Shown piece after piece: positions 12,936 to 25,289 of a stretch of 64,000 nt of DNA. Where the stretch lies: positions 9,982,001 to 10,046,000 of the forward strand of contig CM075989.1 of assembly GCA_038087875.1 (NCBI GenBank), written 5' to 3'. The notes under the pieces were generated by a model. The model did not search any database and was not told the DNA's origin. It worked only from the letters and a program-made list of their open reading frames with translations. The position numbers and the translations under genes were made by a program. Position 1 is the first letter of the stretch, and each line of letters begins with the position of its first letter. This DNA is from Malacoraja senta (Eukaryota).

Positions 12936-14260
12936 CATTAAACCCTCATTATAACAGACCATATTGCCGATTGTCCGTTTTAATCGAATACGTTATTATT
13001 GCACGTAGTTGAAACGAAGAACTGCAGATGATGGTTAATAGACAGAAGAGACACAAAATACTGGAGTAACTCAGTGGGTCAGGCAGCATTGCTGGAGAAC
13101 ATGGATAGGTGATGTCAGGACCCTTCCTCAGACTGATTCAGTCCGCTGAGTTACTCCAGCACTTTGTGTCGTTTCACCTTAAAACCTGGCGCCGACGCTG
13201 CTGGTGTGCACCAGTGAGCCCTTCTTCACCCACCCACCATCTAACATCAAAACGCATTGTTTTTCTAACTCGTGGACATTTTTGGGGACTGGAATTGAAA
13301 GACTCATTTCTTGTCTGATAAAACTGTGCATTTCTATCCAATCTTCAAACAAATTCCTCGTATTGTTGGAAATATTGTGTAGGTGAGGCACTCAATTAGC
13401 AAACCCTCGTTATAACGAACCATGGGGGGGGGGGGGGGTAGTGGTGTCCATTATTGCTGATCGTCCGCTATAACCGATTAATGTATTGTAGGCAGTTAAA
13501 AAAACAACTGCAAATTATGATTACTACACATAAGGAAACAAAGTGCTGGAGTAACTTAGAAGGTCAGGCAGCATTTCTGGAGAATATCGGGACCCTTCTG
13601 CAGACTAATTCAGTCTGCTGAGTTACTCCAGCACCCTGTGCCGTTTCACCTTGAAACTAGGCACAGATGGTGCTAGTCTACACCAGTGAACTCCCCCTCA
13701 CCAGCTACCCTCAGTCCGCCACCAAAACAAAATTAACCCGGCCACCGTGGGGCCCCACTCCTCACACCAGCCCCAGCACCATCCCCACCCTCCCTCCCTC
13801 CCATGCCAGCCGGCACCCGCTCCCTCTTCCCCACAGCTGCCACACCCTCCAAGGTGGAGTATGTTGGCGATTCCGGGGGAGAAGGAGGAGGAGATGGTGA
13901 TGGAAGGAGAGGCCAAGTGGGATGAGCGGCGGGAGAAGAAGGAGAAGATGGCGGCAGGGGAGCGGTCAAAGTGACGGGCTGAAAACAAGAAGCAGTATCC
14001 GGTGAGGGAGCCTCAAAGTGACCTAGTGTCCCGCAAGCAGCAGCAGCCCGAAGAAAGTACTGTCCCCAGGGGCTGTATTGTGAGGCACAACAACAACCAT
14101 GCTAACCGGATTGCGCAATGGGTAGTAAAGGGCTCGCTCGTGCCCCTTGCGAACCAGGGGTAGTGTCGGAAGCCACGGCTGGAGAGGCCATGCGAGCTGG
14201 GATGGCGTTGCTACAACTGAAATCCGTTATAAAGGAGTCCGTTAAATCGAGGGTTTACTG
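12936..14260. mobile_element. Tigger/pogo-like non-autonomous TIR element containing two PLE palindromes
   Basis: TA|CATTAAACCCTCATTATAAC ... GTTAAATCGAGGGTTTACTG|TA imperfect TIRs. A second copy of the left end lies at about 13399. Confidence 0.6.
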
Positions 14261-14461
14261 TATATGATATTAGTTATGTGACTTATTGGGCAATCCAGTA
14301 ATATTCTGATTACATTCTTGGCAAGTCCTTTCCATTAGGGATTGTGTTAGAAATTGATCATTGTCTTTTTCTCTTCTGTCCTTTCGCCTATTGTGTATCA
14401 GATTCAATTTGATTCTTATCAGTAAATAATTAACTTAACATTTTTGATGTCCTGATTTTAG

Positions 14462-14652
14462 ATATTATTGGAACAGATGACATTCCAGAATACACTGGCC
14501 CCAGGAATGTGGTCCGATTCTACCCATGGACTATAGATAACAAGTATTACACTGCTAGTGTACAGCTATGTGTGGTGCCTGACAAATTCGAACTGACAAA
14601 GGAGATTGCAGACTCGGTAGAGGCCTTCGTGATTTACTTTGACAGCACAACT
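14462..14652 (+). CDS. AAGAB: AAGAB (alpha- and gamma-adaptin binding protein p34) exon 2
   Basis: AG at 14460-61, GT at 14653. 191 bp. Translates IIGTDDIPEYTGPRNVVRFYPWTIDNKYYTASVQLCVVPDKFELTKEIADSVEAFVIYFDSTT, matching the AAGAB N-terminal domain (RFYPWTIDNKYY). Confidence 0.95.
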
Positions 14653-15852
14653 GTAAGGAAAATCCGTTTCTTGTTATGTCTTTATTATCTCTGTAGGTAT
14701 CCCGAGTCCTGTGTGTCCTGAGTACTGTAGCTTGTGTCCTGAGTACTGCATAGGGATCCGGGAGCAGTTGACACAGAGCCAAATCAAAACGACTGTAATC
14801 ACAACTTCTTGATTCCTACTCTGTAATGCAAGTGTAAGCATCTCCATTTTCATTTGACCACTTTCAGTAAAAATTTGGCAGGTGCAAAGAACTGCTAAAT
14901 TAAACTCAAATTGTACAAATCAGTTCCACTAAATCACCCATGTTTAAAGTAAACTTAAATCTTAGACCACAGTTAGGCTCATTCCCAATACTGTGTTTAG
15001 CGATTGCTTACTTAAGATGTACTGAGTGCCAGTATTATAATCTGGCATTTATATACACTTGGGCAAATTTAGTGAAGTTACTCTGTTTATATTGGTGAGC
15101 AGCTAAATTAAACACTGATGTTTTTCAAAACGTCCACATTCATGTGTGCACGTTATTATTTCACTTGCCTGTGCTAAGTTTTTTTTCCACCTTATTTTTG
15201 CAAATGTTCTCCTGACTTCTCCGGGAAGCATTGACTCTTTGGTAGCAAGTGGTTTCTCAGATGTTCTATATCCACGGGTTCCTTATCCAACTAGTGAATC
15301 TCAATCACATTTGAGCAGGTATTTTCACTGAAGGAAGAAGCTGCAAAGTCCAATGCGGTGCTCTTATCTGTTTATACATGGCCCTTTAGGATAGGGGATT
15401 GCTGGATACATGTATCCATGCCCAGGAAAGCAAAGTTATAACTCCCTTTCTATTTCTTTTGTCGAAATTGTCTAATTCACTAGGTGGGATTCCTGGTACC
15501 ACCTAGCCTTGTTAACTGAAGCAGCTGAACAATCTGGTGAGCCCCGTTAGCACTAATGTCTGATTGCTCCCAAAACCAAGAATAAAAGGAATTGAGTCAC
15601 GGGTCCAGCTGTAGTTCATATCAATTTTCTATACCTGACGGGTATTTGGTTCTTTTTCTACACAAGTTTGTTTTTGATCACAATAAACACTCTTAATCCT
15701 CTTAATGGCAATCAATTGGTATTGGTTTGTTATCTGCACAGTGGACAACATCATTCCGTGGCTGCTACTCCATGTATGTTCATTTTACAATTTCTCTGTT
15801 TTAATCTTTGACATTATTTTTGTCATTAAATTGTACTTTTTTCCTTCATCAG

Positions 15853-15949
15853 AATACTGGCCTTGATGAGGTATCCACTTGGCTTCCTCTAACTCAGGAA
15901 TGGTCCCCTGAAGTTTTGATTCTGGTGTGTGACAGAGTTTCAGACAATG
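15853..15949 (+). CDS. AAGAB: AAGAB exon 3
   Basis: AG/GT bounded, 97 bp. [32 protein letters not shown](G). Phase matches exons 2 and 4. Confidence 0.93.
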
Positions 15950-17013
15950 GTATTTTGCTTGGTTTCTACTTTCGATATGACCTGTAAATCTGGTATTTTT
16001 AGATGGTAATTTGTACCACATCTGCCTCCACATGGAGAACTGGAGCTTGTTACAAGGATATGGTTGCTCAAGAGATAATTTAGAGCCTATTTAAAAAGTT
16101 AATTTAGCGAGTAAAATGCATTATACTACTTGGTATTGAGTCAGTTGGGAAGGAGGATCCGAAGCATTTTTTAAATTTAAACCAAGATCGTGGAGACTCC
16201 TCTCCCAAAATCTGTTGCTACTTATTCCTAAATGAGTTCGGCCTCCCTTGAGATATGAGTAACTTCAAATATAGGCTTGTCACCTTTCGCCAATCACTGA
16301 CTGGACTTCTATGAAGGAATACTATTTGAGGTAGTTACTGGAACACTGCTGTTGCTCATCAAACTCCGCTCAGCAGGATTTGGCATCATAAATAAGGTAA
16401 ATTATGGAAACGAGTTATACCATTTCCTTGTGTTACTAACACATATGACATAATGTGATTTGAACATTGTGCTTGGGCTTCATTTTGGGATGTCGCCCGT
16501 GTCTAAAGAGGATACAAATATCTCTGTCAAAGCTCCAGTAATCTCCACTCTTCTCCCTCTCAATAACGAGCCATCAGGCCCTGTGGACCTTCTCCACCGT
16601 AATGTTGTTAGAAAGACCCAAAACCTTCACCTCTGTGATATCAACAACCCTGTTTTTTTTCCATCTACCTGCATATCTATTTCTCAATATCACTGGCTGT
16701 TGGGAGGTCTATGGTTGCACATTTCCTATTCCTGAGTTCTCCCCATTCTGCCTCACTAGATGAGCCTTCCAGGAGATCCACTCTGTGTAGTGACATTTTC
16801 CCTGATCTGTTGTGTAATCTCCTGACATTACTTTCTTTCACTTTTGAAACATCTGAACCCTGTAATGTTGAGCAGCCGGTCCCCTCTATCAACCACGATT
16901 CTGTATTAGTTGCAGCATTGTAGTTCCTAATCCATGCACCATATGCTTGGGTATAATGAATCGTGTTCCGCAGTCAAGGTTTTTGCATTATTTGATCATG
17001 CTTTCTCTTTTAG

Positions 17014-17103
17014 GGGTGAGCAGACAAGTGGCACAGCAATGGTGCATTAAATATGGGTTTGAATTGGTGGAACTCGATCCAGAAGACTTGCCAGATGAAG
17101 AAG
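17014..17103 (+). CDS. AAGAB: AAGAB exon 4
   Basis: AG/GT bounded, 90 bp. [29 protein letters not shown]. Confidence 0.95.
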
Positions 17104-17614
17104 GTTTGTTTGTATATCAGAATTGCTATTACTGAATGGCAGGTGTTAAAATGAATGAGAACTACTCTTTAAATTATACATTAAATTGTTACTAATATAA
17201 ATTCAATGGATCAGTCTGAAAACGTTATCTCTTTGCTGTATTTTTTTGGTCGATCTCTTCCCATCAGAAGATAATAATTGTCATTGGGACCCTTTACCTT
17301 GCTCCTAGTCATTCAGTGTCTTATGCTGGTGTACTTTTTTGACCATGGAGAACATCATGGTTGGGCCACTTTCTTTGGAAATGGCATAAGTTTTATTTTG
17401 TATTTAGCAATCCAAAACCATATCAGATGTCTCCTCATGTTTTTTGCTCTAGAGGAGTTGAGATAAGCTCTGAAAAATTATTCGCTGACATAACTAATTT
17501 CGTCTGATTTAGCCAGGCAAATGGGTGGTTTAAAAAAAAAATTACTTAAAAAACTATAATGTAAAATTTCAGCTTGACCTTTGCAAAAAGATAGTATTAA
17601 CAATCTTATTGGCT

Positions 17615-18330
17615 ATGATGAAGGGACCGAGTACTATACATTCAAAGTGCTGATGATGCAAAGATAGGTGAGAAGGTGTGATTATCCTTGTGAGAAGGCA
17701 TAAAAGGTAATAAATAGAAATATGCGGTTATTCACTTGGGTAATACGTTAAATGGCATGAGAGTATTAGATATTGATGCTAGGAGAGATCTAGATGTCCT
17801 GGTACAAGGAACTCAAAAGTTAACATGGTGGCCCAAATGGTGACGTATGAAGGTTTATTGCAAGAGGGAGTGGGTACAATAGTAAGGAAGTCTTGTCACC
17901 CGTATACGAAGCTTCAGTAAAACAGTTCTTGACCGTTCATGGTCTCTTAAGCATTTTGCTCCTTTGGAGGAGAAGCAGTGAAACGTTGCTAATTGATTCA
18001 TGGGGTGAAGGTGTTGACTTGAGGAAAGATTAAGCAGATAGAGTTAAGAGGAATGAGAAATTATCTTATTGCAACACGTAGGATTCTGAAGGGGGCATTA
18101 TAAATGGATGTGAGAATGTTTCTCCTTGATCTGAGGGTTATGGTGTCATGGTGAGGAATTGATCTTTGGGTAATGAGCTAAGAAAGAATTACTGCTTTTG
18201 AACGGTTATGAATCTTTGGAATTCTCCGCTCCATGACTCGAGATTTGAATACTGGTTTGGCAAATGTGGTTGTTGAAGAGACAGGATCAAACCTGATCTT
18301 ATCAAATGGGGAAGTCGGCTCCAGGAATTG
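17615..18330 (+). mobile_element. old CR1-type LINE fragment
   Basis: Degenerate RT and 3' motifs (GCTGATGATGCAAAGATAGGT, GAATCTTTGGAATTCTC). Confidence 0.5.
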
Positions 18331-18927
18331 CCTGGCTACTTTTGCTTCTTGCTCTTCCTATTTCTTCCATTCAAATGTACTGATATTATTGGTATTAGGT
18401 ACATTTATGTTTCTAATACTTATAAAATGATTTTTTTTTTTAAAAGAGACTTTGCACAGCTTTTATTGCTTCAAACCTCAGTGCAAAGTGGGCTGCAAGG
18501 CAATGATCCATCACTGATTTTTGATGCATCTTAAGCACTAAAGGAAAAACGTGGCTGAAGAGGTTGAAGATCTACCAACCTTCTTACTTGAGAAGTATAT
18601 CTATATACCAACAGGAAAAGGAGCATGAGAGAGGAGATAATTTATTTTTCAATCAAAGCATTTGTAACAATAATGAAAAATCAATGATGCATTGCATCAA
18701 CACAAGAAAAGTTCATGCTATCTATGGGTAAATGCTATGCCCTAGTGCATATCTTAGCCATTCCTTGCATAAAAAGTGTTTTGCATGTGTGTGTTGTGAT
18801 TTCCTTTATTGCGCAATTTGAAAACAGTTTTTGTGGATATTTTCAGTTGATTTGTATTTTCTATATTTTCGTATTTTCCTATTGTTAGATATATTAAATA
18901 TTCAGATGTATTAATGTCCACACACAG

Positions 18928-19011
18928 ATGACTTCCCTGAATCCACTGGTGTAACGAGAATTATTCAGGCATTGAATGCAAATGTGTGGTCAAATGTTGA
19001 GATGAAAACAG
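18928..19011 (+). CDS. AAGAB: AAGAB exon 5
   Basis: AG/GT bounded, 84 bp. [28 protein letters not shown]. Ends in phase 1. Confidence 0.95.
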
Positions 19012-19728
19012 GTACGAAATGAGATATTTTCTAAAGTTTATGATGAGTTTTGTTGAGCACCTATGGAAAGCAAAACTTAACATTTCAGGTTGAAGACCAT
19101 TAATAAGAACGTGCAGTTTTCTATTTTCTTTTCAATTTAATCTTGGATTATAAATTTTGGATTATGTATGCATTTTCAGTTATCCACTATTTGATTTGAC
19201 TTTTCCTGCACCAACACGTATCACATTAATATTTCACACAGTAATATTTTAGTTAACTGGGGTGATACGTTATGTCATGAGTATTTTCCCACTGTCTTTA
19301 TCACATTAATTTAGCTTGATATTATTTAAAAATCCCCTTTTCCATGCTGCCCAAATTTAAAATAGTTGTATCTGCACCTCTGATTGCATTCCCCATTCAA
19401 AGGGTGAATTAAAGATGAATTTGTAAATGCATGGTTTTTTTTCAAACTTTTACACGACAGAAGAACTACTGGATTTGTAGAGTTGTGATGCATTGAAATC
19501 AGAGTTTAATGTTTAACTTTGAGGGACACATCCTCAGAAATAACAGATCTAACCATTTTGATTATTCAGATGACTGATCGGATAATGATGCCATTTCTAG
19601 TATCATTGTGGGGAATTAATAGGCTCAAGCCAACAGCCGTTGATTGGCTCAAGACAATTATAATTATGAGCTAAATTTGATAATTTAATTTTTTGATGGA
19701 ACACAAAACAATCACGTCTTTTTTTTAG

Positions 19729-19809
19729 ATCGGCCACAGGATTTTTGGCCTTCTCAGTAGCCTAACTGGAGTGCTTGAAAACTGTGGAACTGAAGCAGAA
19801 ACACAGGAA
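19729..19809 (+). CDS. AAGAB: AAGAB exon 6 (apparent +1 frameshift as assembled)
   Basis: Strong acceptor (T8AG) and GTAAGT donor. Homologous to human DRNQGFSLLNSLTG (here DRPQ..FGLLSSLTG), but in the frame of exon 5 it hits TAG at 19758-19760. Confidence 0.7.
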
Positions 19810-20188
19810 GTAAGTGATTGTCTAATTAAGAACTGATGCCCAGATATGAGCAGGGGAACAAGACCTTCAACCAACAATGTCTCTGTTGAAAATGATACCA
19901 AATTAAACTAATTTCCTTTGCCTGCATATGATCCATATCCCTCCATTCCCTACATATCTATATGCTGATCTTAAAGCCTCATTAATGCCACTATAGTATC
20001 TACTTCCACCACCACCTCTGGCAGCATGTTTCCAGCACGTCACTCTTTGTATTAAAAAAAAACTTGTCCCATGTCACTTTTATACTTGTTCCCTTCCACC
20101 TCAAAACTATGCCCTCCAGTCTTTGACATTTCCAACCTAAGGAAGGTTTTGACTGGTTATTCTTTCTATGCCTCGTATTAAGCATATT

Positions 20189-21874
20189 CAGTGCCCTCCA
20201 TAATGTTTGGGACAAAGACCCATCATTTATTTATTTGCCTCTGTACTCCACAATTTGAGATTTGTAATAGAAAAAAATCACATGTAACAAAATCACAAAA
20301 AAAGCACATTGCCAGATTGCCAAAGGTCATTTTTATACATTTTGGTTTCACCATGTAGAAATTACAGCAGCGTTTATACATAGTCTCCCCCCCCCCCCCC
20401 CCCCCCCCCCATTTCAGGGCACCATCATGTGTTTGGACACAGCAATGTCATGTAAATGAAAGTAGCCATGTTTAGTATTTTGTTGCATATCCTTTGCATG
20501 CAATGACAGCTTGAATTCATGGACATCACCAGTTGCTGGGTGTCTTCTCTGGTGATGCTCTGCCAGGCCTGTATTGCAGCCATCTTTACGTTATGCGTGT
20601 TTTGGGGGCTACTCCCCTTCAGTTTTCTCTTCAGCATATGAAAGGCATGCTCAATCGGGTTCAGATCGGGTGATCGACTTGGCCACTCAAGAATTGATCA
20701 TTTTTTAGCTTTGAAAAACTCCTTTGTTACTTTAGCAGTATGTTTGGGATCATTGTCTTGCTGTAGAATGAATCGCCGGCCAATGAGTTTTGAGGCATTT
20801 GTTTGAACTTGAGGAGATAGGATGTGTCTATACATTTAAGATTTCATTATGCTACTACCATCAGCAGTTGTATCATCAATGAAGATAAGTGGGCCAGTAC
20901 CTTCAGCAGCCATACATGCCCAGGCCATAACACCCCCACCACCGTGTGTCACAGATGAGGTGGTATGCTTTGGATTTTGAGCAGTTCATTCTCTCCTCCA
21001 TACTTTGCTCTTGCCATCACTCCGATATAAGTTAATCTTTGTCTCATCTGTCCACAAGACCTTTTTCCAGAACTGTGATTGCTTTTTTAAGTACTTCTTG
21101 GCAAACTGTAACCTGGCCATCCTATTTTTGCGGCTAACCATTGGTTTGCATCTTGCAGTGTAGCCTCTGTATTCCTGTTCATGAAGTCATCTGCGGACAG
21201 ATGTCATTGACCAATCCACACCGGACTCCTGAAGAGTGTTTCTGATCTGTCGGACAGGTGTTTGGGGATTTTTCTTTATTATAGAGAGAATTCTTCTGTC
21301 ATCAGCTGTGGAGGTCTTCCTTGGCCTGCCAGACCCAGACGATTAGTAAGCTCACCAGTGCTCTCTTAATGATGTTCCAAACAGTTGATTTTTGTAAGCC
21401 TAAGGTTTGGCTGATGTCTCTAACAGTTTTATTCTTGTTTCTCAGTCTCATAATGGCTTCTTTGACTTTCATTGGCATAACTTTGGTCCTCATGTTGATA
21501 AACAGCAATAAAAGTTTCCAAAGGCGATGGACAGACTGGAGGAAAGACTAGGTGCTGAGAGCTCTCTTGTACCTGTATTACGGAGGCAATTAAACTCACC
21601 TGAGCAATTACAAACGCCTGTGAAGCCATGTGTCCCAAACATTAAGGTGCCATGAAATTGGGGGGGGGGGGTGGAAGGAGAGGGAGACTATGTATAAACA
21701 CAGCTGTAATTGCTACATGGTGAAACCAAAATGTATAAAAATGGCCTTTAATAAAATCTGACAATGTGCACTTTAACCACATGTGATTTTTTTTTCTATT
21801 AGAAATCTCAAATTGTGGAGTACAGAGGCAAATAAATAAATGGGTCTTTGGCCCAAACATTATGGAGGGCACTG
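20189..21874 (-). mobile_element. Tc1-family (IR/DR, Sleeping-Beauty-like) DNA transposon, near full length
   Basis: Roughly 240-bp terminal inverted repeats starting CAGTGCCCTCCATAATGTTTGGG, with inner direct repeats. Inserted into a CR1 fragment. Confidence 0.92.
20440..21508 (-). pseudogene. broken Tc1 transposase
   Basis: HTH region KTVRDISQTLGLQKSTVWNIIK and catalytic motif WPSRSPDLNPIEHA (about 20645-20685). Split over several frames. Confidence 0.88.
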
Positions 21875-22790
21875 AATATGCTTCTATCAGGTTTCCCCTC
21901 AGCCTTCAATGCTCCAAAGAAACCAATCCAGTCCTAATCCTCACCAAATAGATAATACCCTCATTAAGGCACCATTCAGGTAAACCTCTGCTGCACCCTC
22001 TCCAAAACGTACACATCCTTCCTATAATGGGATGGCCAGAATGGCACACAATACTCCAAATGCAGCCTTATATGTTATAAAGCTGCAACATAACTTCCTG
22101 ATTGTTGCACTCAATGCCCCAACCTATGAAAGCATGCACACAGTACGCCTTCTTTATCACTCTATTTACTTATGTTGCCACTTGCAGGGAGCAATGGTCT
22201 TGGACCCCTAGATCCCTCTGTACATCATTGCTGTTAAGGGTTTAGCCATCAATAATATACTTTCCCCTTGCAATCAACCTCTTAAAATGCAACACCTCAC
22301 ATTTGTTTGGATTAAACTCCATCTGCCATTTCTCCACCCTGTAACTAATCTTTATATCCTTTTGACATATTTCCTTACTGTCTGCAACGACACCAATTTT
22401 GGAGTGTTCTGCAAAGTTGCTTTCCAACCCATCTACATTTACATGCAAATCATTTAGATATATCACAAACAAGTGGGCCCAGCAGATACCTACAAAATGC
22501 CACTGGTCACAGACTTCCAGCTTGATTAACACCCTTCCACTGCAATGCTGTGACATGTGATTAAGTCACAGTTATGGGCCTGTCCCACTTAGGCGACTGC
22601 AGGAGTTCTTGACAGTCGCCTGAAAAATCGCCTAAGTGGGACAGGTCCATTACAGTTCTGCATCCAAAAAACAGAGTCACTGTGGATCCCATGCAATTTA
22701 ATTTTCTGGATTGGCAATTTATCAAATGCCTGACTAAATTCCAGTTAGATAACATCCCCTGCAATACCCAATCACCTTTGTTGGATTATT
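21875..22790 (-). mobile_element. CR1-type LINE fragment (host of Tc1; continues at about 19845-20188)
   Basis: ORF 22242-22556(-): LFVIYLNDL...EKWQMEFNPNKCEVLHF, typical of CR1 RT. Confidence 0.8.
22575..22649. mobile_element. Harbinger/PIF-like MITE (75 bp)
   Basis: TIR TGGGCCTGTCCCACTTAGGCGA / TCGCCTAAGTGGGACAGGTCCA, TTA TSD. Confidence 0.75.
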
Positions 22791-23044
22791 GCAAACTACA
22801 ATCCTGTGTAGAAACACCAGTCAACATCCTATAATGGTTTCAGAACCCAGACTTGAATTGATTACCTTGTAGTCACTTCCTTTATTTCCTAACAAGTTAA
22901 GTTTCAAAGCTTGGTGATGTGTTTTTTGTGTGTTGGGGATGATAATAAGTGTGTAATTACTAGAAGGGTTAATACATATGAACAAGATCAGTCTATTCAT
23001 CAGCTTCCACAGAGAAATGCAGGAAAAAGAGTTGCCATAATGTT

Positions 23045-23204
23045 GTGTAAAACACAAAGTGGTAGAGTAAGTCAGCGGATCAGGCAGCATCTCTGGAGTC
23101 CCCAGTCTGAGGAAGGGTCCAGAGCCGAAGCATCGCCTATCCATGTCCTCCAGAGATGCTGCTTGACCTGCTGAGGTACTGCAGCATCTGCAGTTTCTTG
23201 TATC
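23045..23204. mobile_element. palindromic PLE-derived mini-element
   Basis: Inverted pLTR arms joined just before a decayed CTGAGGAAGGG...CCGAAGC. 12-bp TSD TGCCATAATGTT at 23033-44 and 23205-16. Confidence 0.8.
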
Positions 23205-24289
23205 TGCCATAATGTTTTGTTTTGAAGTGTTGGTTAAACACTTGGCCTGTTAGAAAAAGGCAATATTGTAGATTCAGGGTTTGATGTTCATTCTGAGAGT
23301 TCATCAGATGAATAGACCAGCCTTGTTAGTCACAGTTCTCATTTTTCTCCTCTACCAGTTCTTATCACATATGTAGAGATACATTTACAATGTTTAAGAG
23401 ATATTTGGACAAGTATTTGGTTGGGAAAAGTGTCCAGTGGAGGCAAATAGGATTGGGATAGATATGCATCAGGGCTAGCATAAACAAGGTTGGCCGAAAG
23501 AGCCCATTTATGTGCTATGATTCTTTTATATGGTTCAGTGGACCGTTAGGTTATATTGCAAAATTGTACAATTTTTTTTTCTTCTGCTAATCAATATTTG
23601 TAAGTATTCTATAGGTCATTGAAGCGTTGACTGGAGTGTTAAGCCATTAAATCTCTAGGAGACTAACTTCCATTCCCAGTCAATCATGATGCAGCCAACC
23701 TCATTTGAAATTGACCTTCGAAGTCCTGGATTATGGAAGAGAATGATTAGCTAACAGACAGCCTTTAACTTGCTGCTGTGGTTTTTTCATTGACATAGAT
23801 CAAAATCATATTGCATCAACTAGAATGTTCCTTGTGTTTGCATTATTTGGATGTTAGTATACAGGTTGTGTACGATATCCTAATAAACTGATGTATGTGT
23901 GATGATCCGAAACTTATGAAAACCTGTGTTGAAGTCTAATTGTGTATATGGTTATGCCATTAATAAATGAATGGAAAATTATTGAACTAAAGAATGGTTA
24001 GAATATTAGAAGTGGAATTGAATAACTTGGATACCTTTTTAATTATATGACAAACATAGGTGTGATTGGAAATGAAAAATATTCTGATGGGCTGGGTAAA
24101 ACATTGTGTGGAACCTAAATGCAGATACAGACCTGTTTGGCTGAGTAGCGTGTTTCTTTGCTGTTTGATTAAGTATGACTTTCTATCGTCAAATACTGAT
24201 GCTCAGTATTAATGATGTATTGTATGACAAACAGTATTTTACATGCATATTTCTGGATTAACCATTCAACACTATTTTGTCTTAAACAG

Positions 24290-24375
24290 TACCACAGCCT
24301 TGCAGAGCCTGACGTAGAATCACTTGCAGAGAACACCAACAGAGGTGGCACCTCTTCAGACAGACAGTGTTATAG
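24290..24375 (+). CDS. AAGAB: AAGAB exon 7 (apparent frameshift as assembled)
   Basis: CAG acceptor and AG|GTATGA donor. ESLAENTNRGGTS resembles human ESLSDHRGGAS, but the terminal DSVI (human DSIV) lies in another frame. Confidence 0.65.
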
Positions 24376-24464
24376 GTATGAAATGTAAAATCTCAATTCC
24401 CTGGGGTACTGTTTTTTTTAATCATCATCTGGCTAATGTTCTGAATGCTTGTTTTGCCTAACAG

Positions 24465-24569
24465 ATCCAATGTTACATTTGGATATCCAAGAACTTGCTA
24501 CTCTCACCACAGGTGAAGTTGACTGTGAAAACTTTGAGCGTTTGTTTGAAAAGCTCAAGCAAATGAAAG
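24465..24569 (+). CDS. AAGAB: AAGAB exon 8
   Basis: 105 bp, AG/GT bounded. [35 protein letters not shown]. Confidence 0.95.
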
Positions 24570-24735
24570 GTGGGTTTTGTAATGAAATTAATCTTACTGG
24601 GATCTGCCTCATCTCATCCTGGGATAAACAGAATGCTCTCAGTAGCTATGTTCCTTGAGCAGGAATTTGGAATGTGTGTGTGTGAGATTAAATATTTAAA
24701 TACGTATATTTTTATATATGTGCTTTTGATTTGAA

Positions 24736-25026
24736 CAATGGCGCAGCGGTAGAGTTGCTGCCTTTATGATGCTTGCATCGCCAGTGTCCCAGGTTCGATC
24801 CTGACCACGGGTGCTATCTGTACGGAGTTTATAAGTTATCACTGTGACTGCTTGGGTTTTCTCTGAGAGCTTTGGTTTCTTCCCGCACTCCAAAGACGTA
24901 CAGGTTTGTAGGTTAATTGGCTTGGTATAGGTTTCAATTGTCCCTAGTGTGCGTAGGATAGTGTTAATGTGCGGGGATCGCTGGTCGATGCGGACTCGGA
25001 GGGCTGTATCTGTAAACTAAACTAAA
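24736..25026 (+). mobile_element. tRNA-derived V-SINE (HE1-like)
   Basis: A box TGGCGCAGCGGT, B box GGTTCGATCC, V-domain (GGTTTCTTCCCGCACTCCAAAGACG), (ACTAA)n tail. Confidence 0.85.
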
Positions 25027-25239
25027 TTAATTGAATGACACTATTTCTTATTTGGTTGACATCATTGTTTCTACCTAATACACGAAGTGCTCGTTCCCGG
25101 GTGCTTTTTGGAGAAAGTGTTTGGAAGAGGAGTGGAAGAATTGTGGCTTAAGTGTGCATTGCTGACATATGACTAATGGTCTGGGAATCCTTCCAGCTCA
25201 TTGTGTAACATGAGTAACTCTTTGTTTTTAAATTGACAG

Positions 25240-25289
25240 ACAAAGCAGCAACATTACCTCATGAACAAAGAAAACTCCACGCAGAAAAA
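25240..25289 (+). CDS. AAGAB: AAGAB exon 9
   Basis: 50 bp, AG/GTGAGT. DKAATLPHEQRKLHAEK. Confidence 0.95.

Noticed and set aside
13667-14220. GC-rich region with Pro/Glu-rich ORFs as AAGAB exon 1 or a CpG promoter
   Set aside because: It lies inside TIR-bounded repeat sequence and does not encode the expected AAGAB N-terminus (PCALVTSC-like).
14711-14750. 21-bp tandem duplication (TGTGTCCTGAGTACTG twice); similar 18-bp duplication at about 7400-7436
   Set aside because: Only two copies with no spacer structure. Ordinary slippage, not CRISPR-like.
20387-20410. Long C/G homopolymers (also 13423, 21660, 41935)
   Set aside because: Mostly inside transposon sequence, and their lengths are unreliable in assemblies. 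No evidence of function.
24736-24810. tRNA-like A and B boxes (also at 30020, 47545, 47825, 56595 and others)
   Set aside because: These are SINE heads followed by the V-domain and tail, not tRNA genes.
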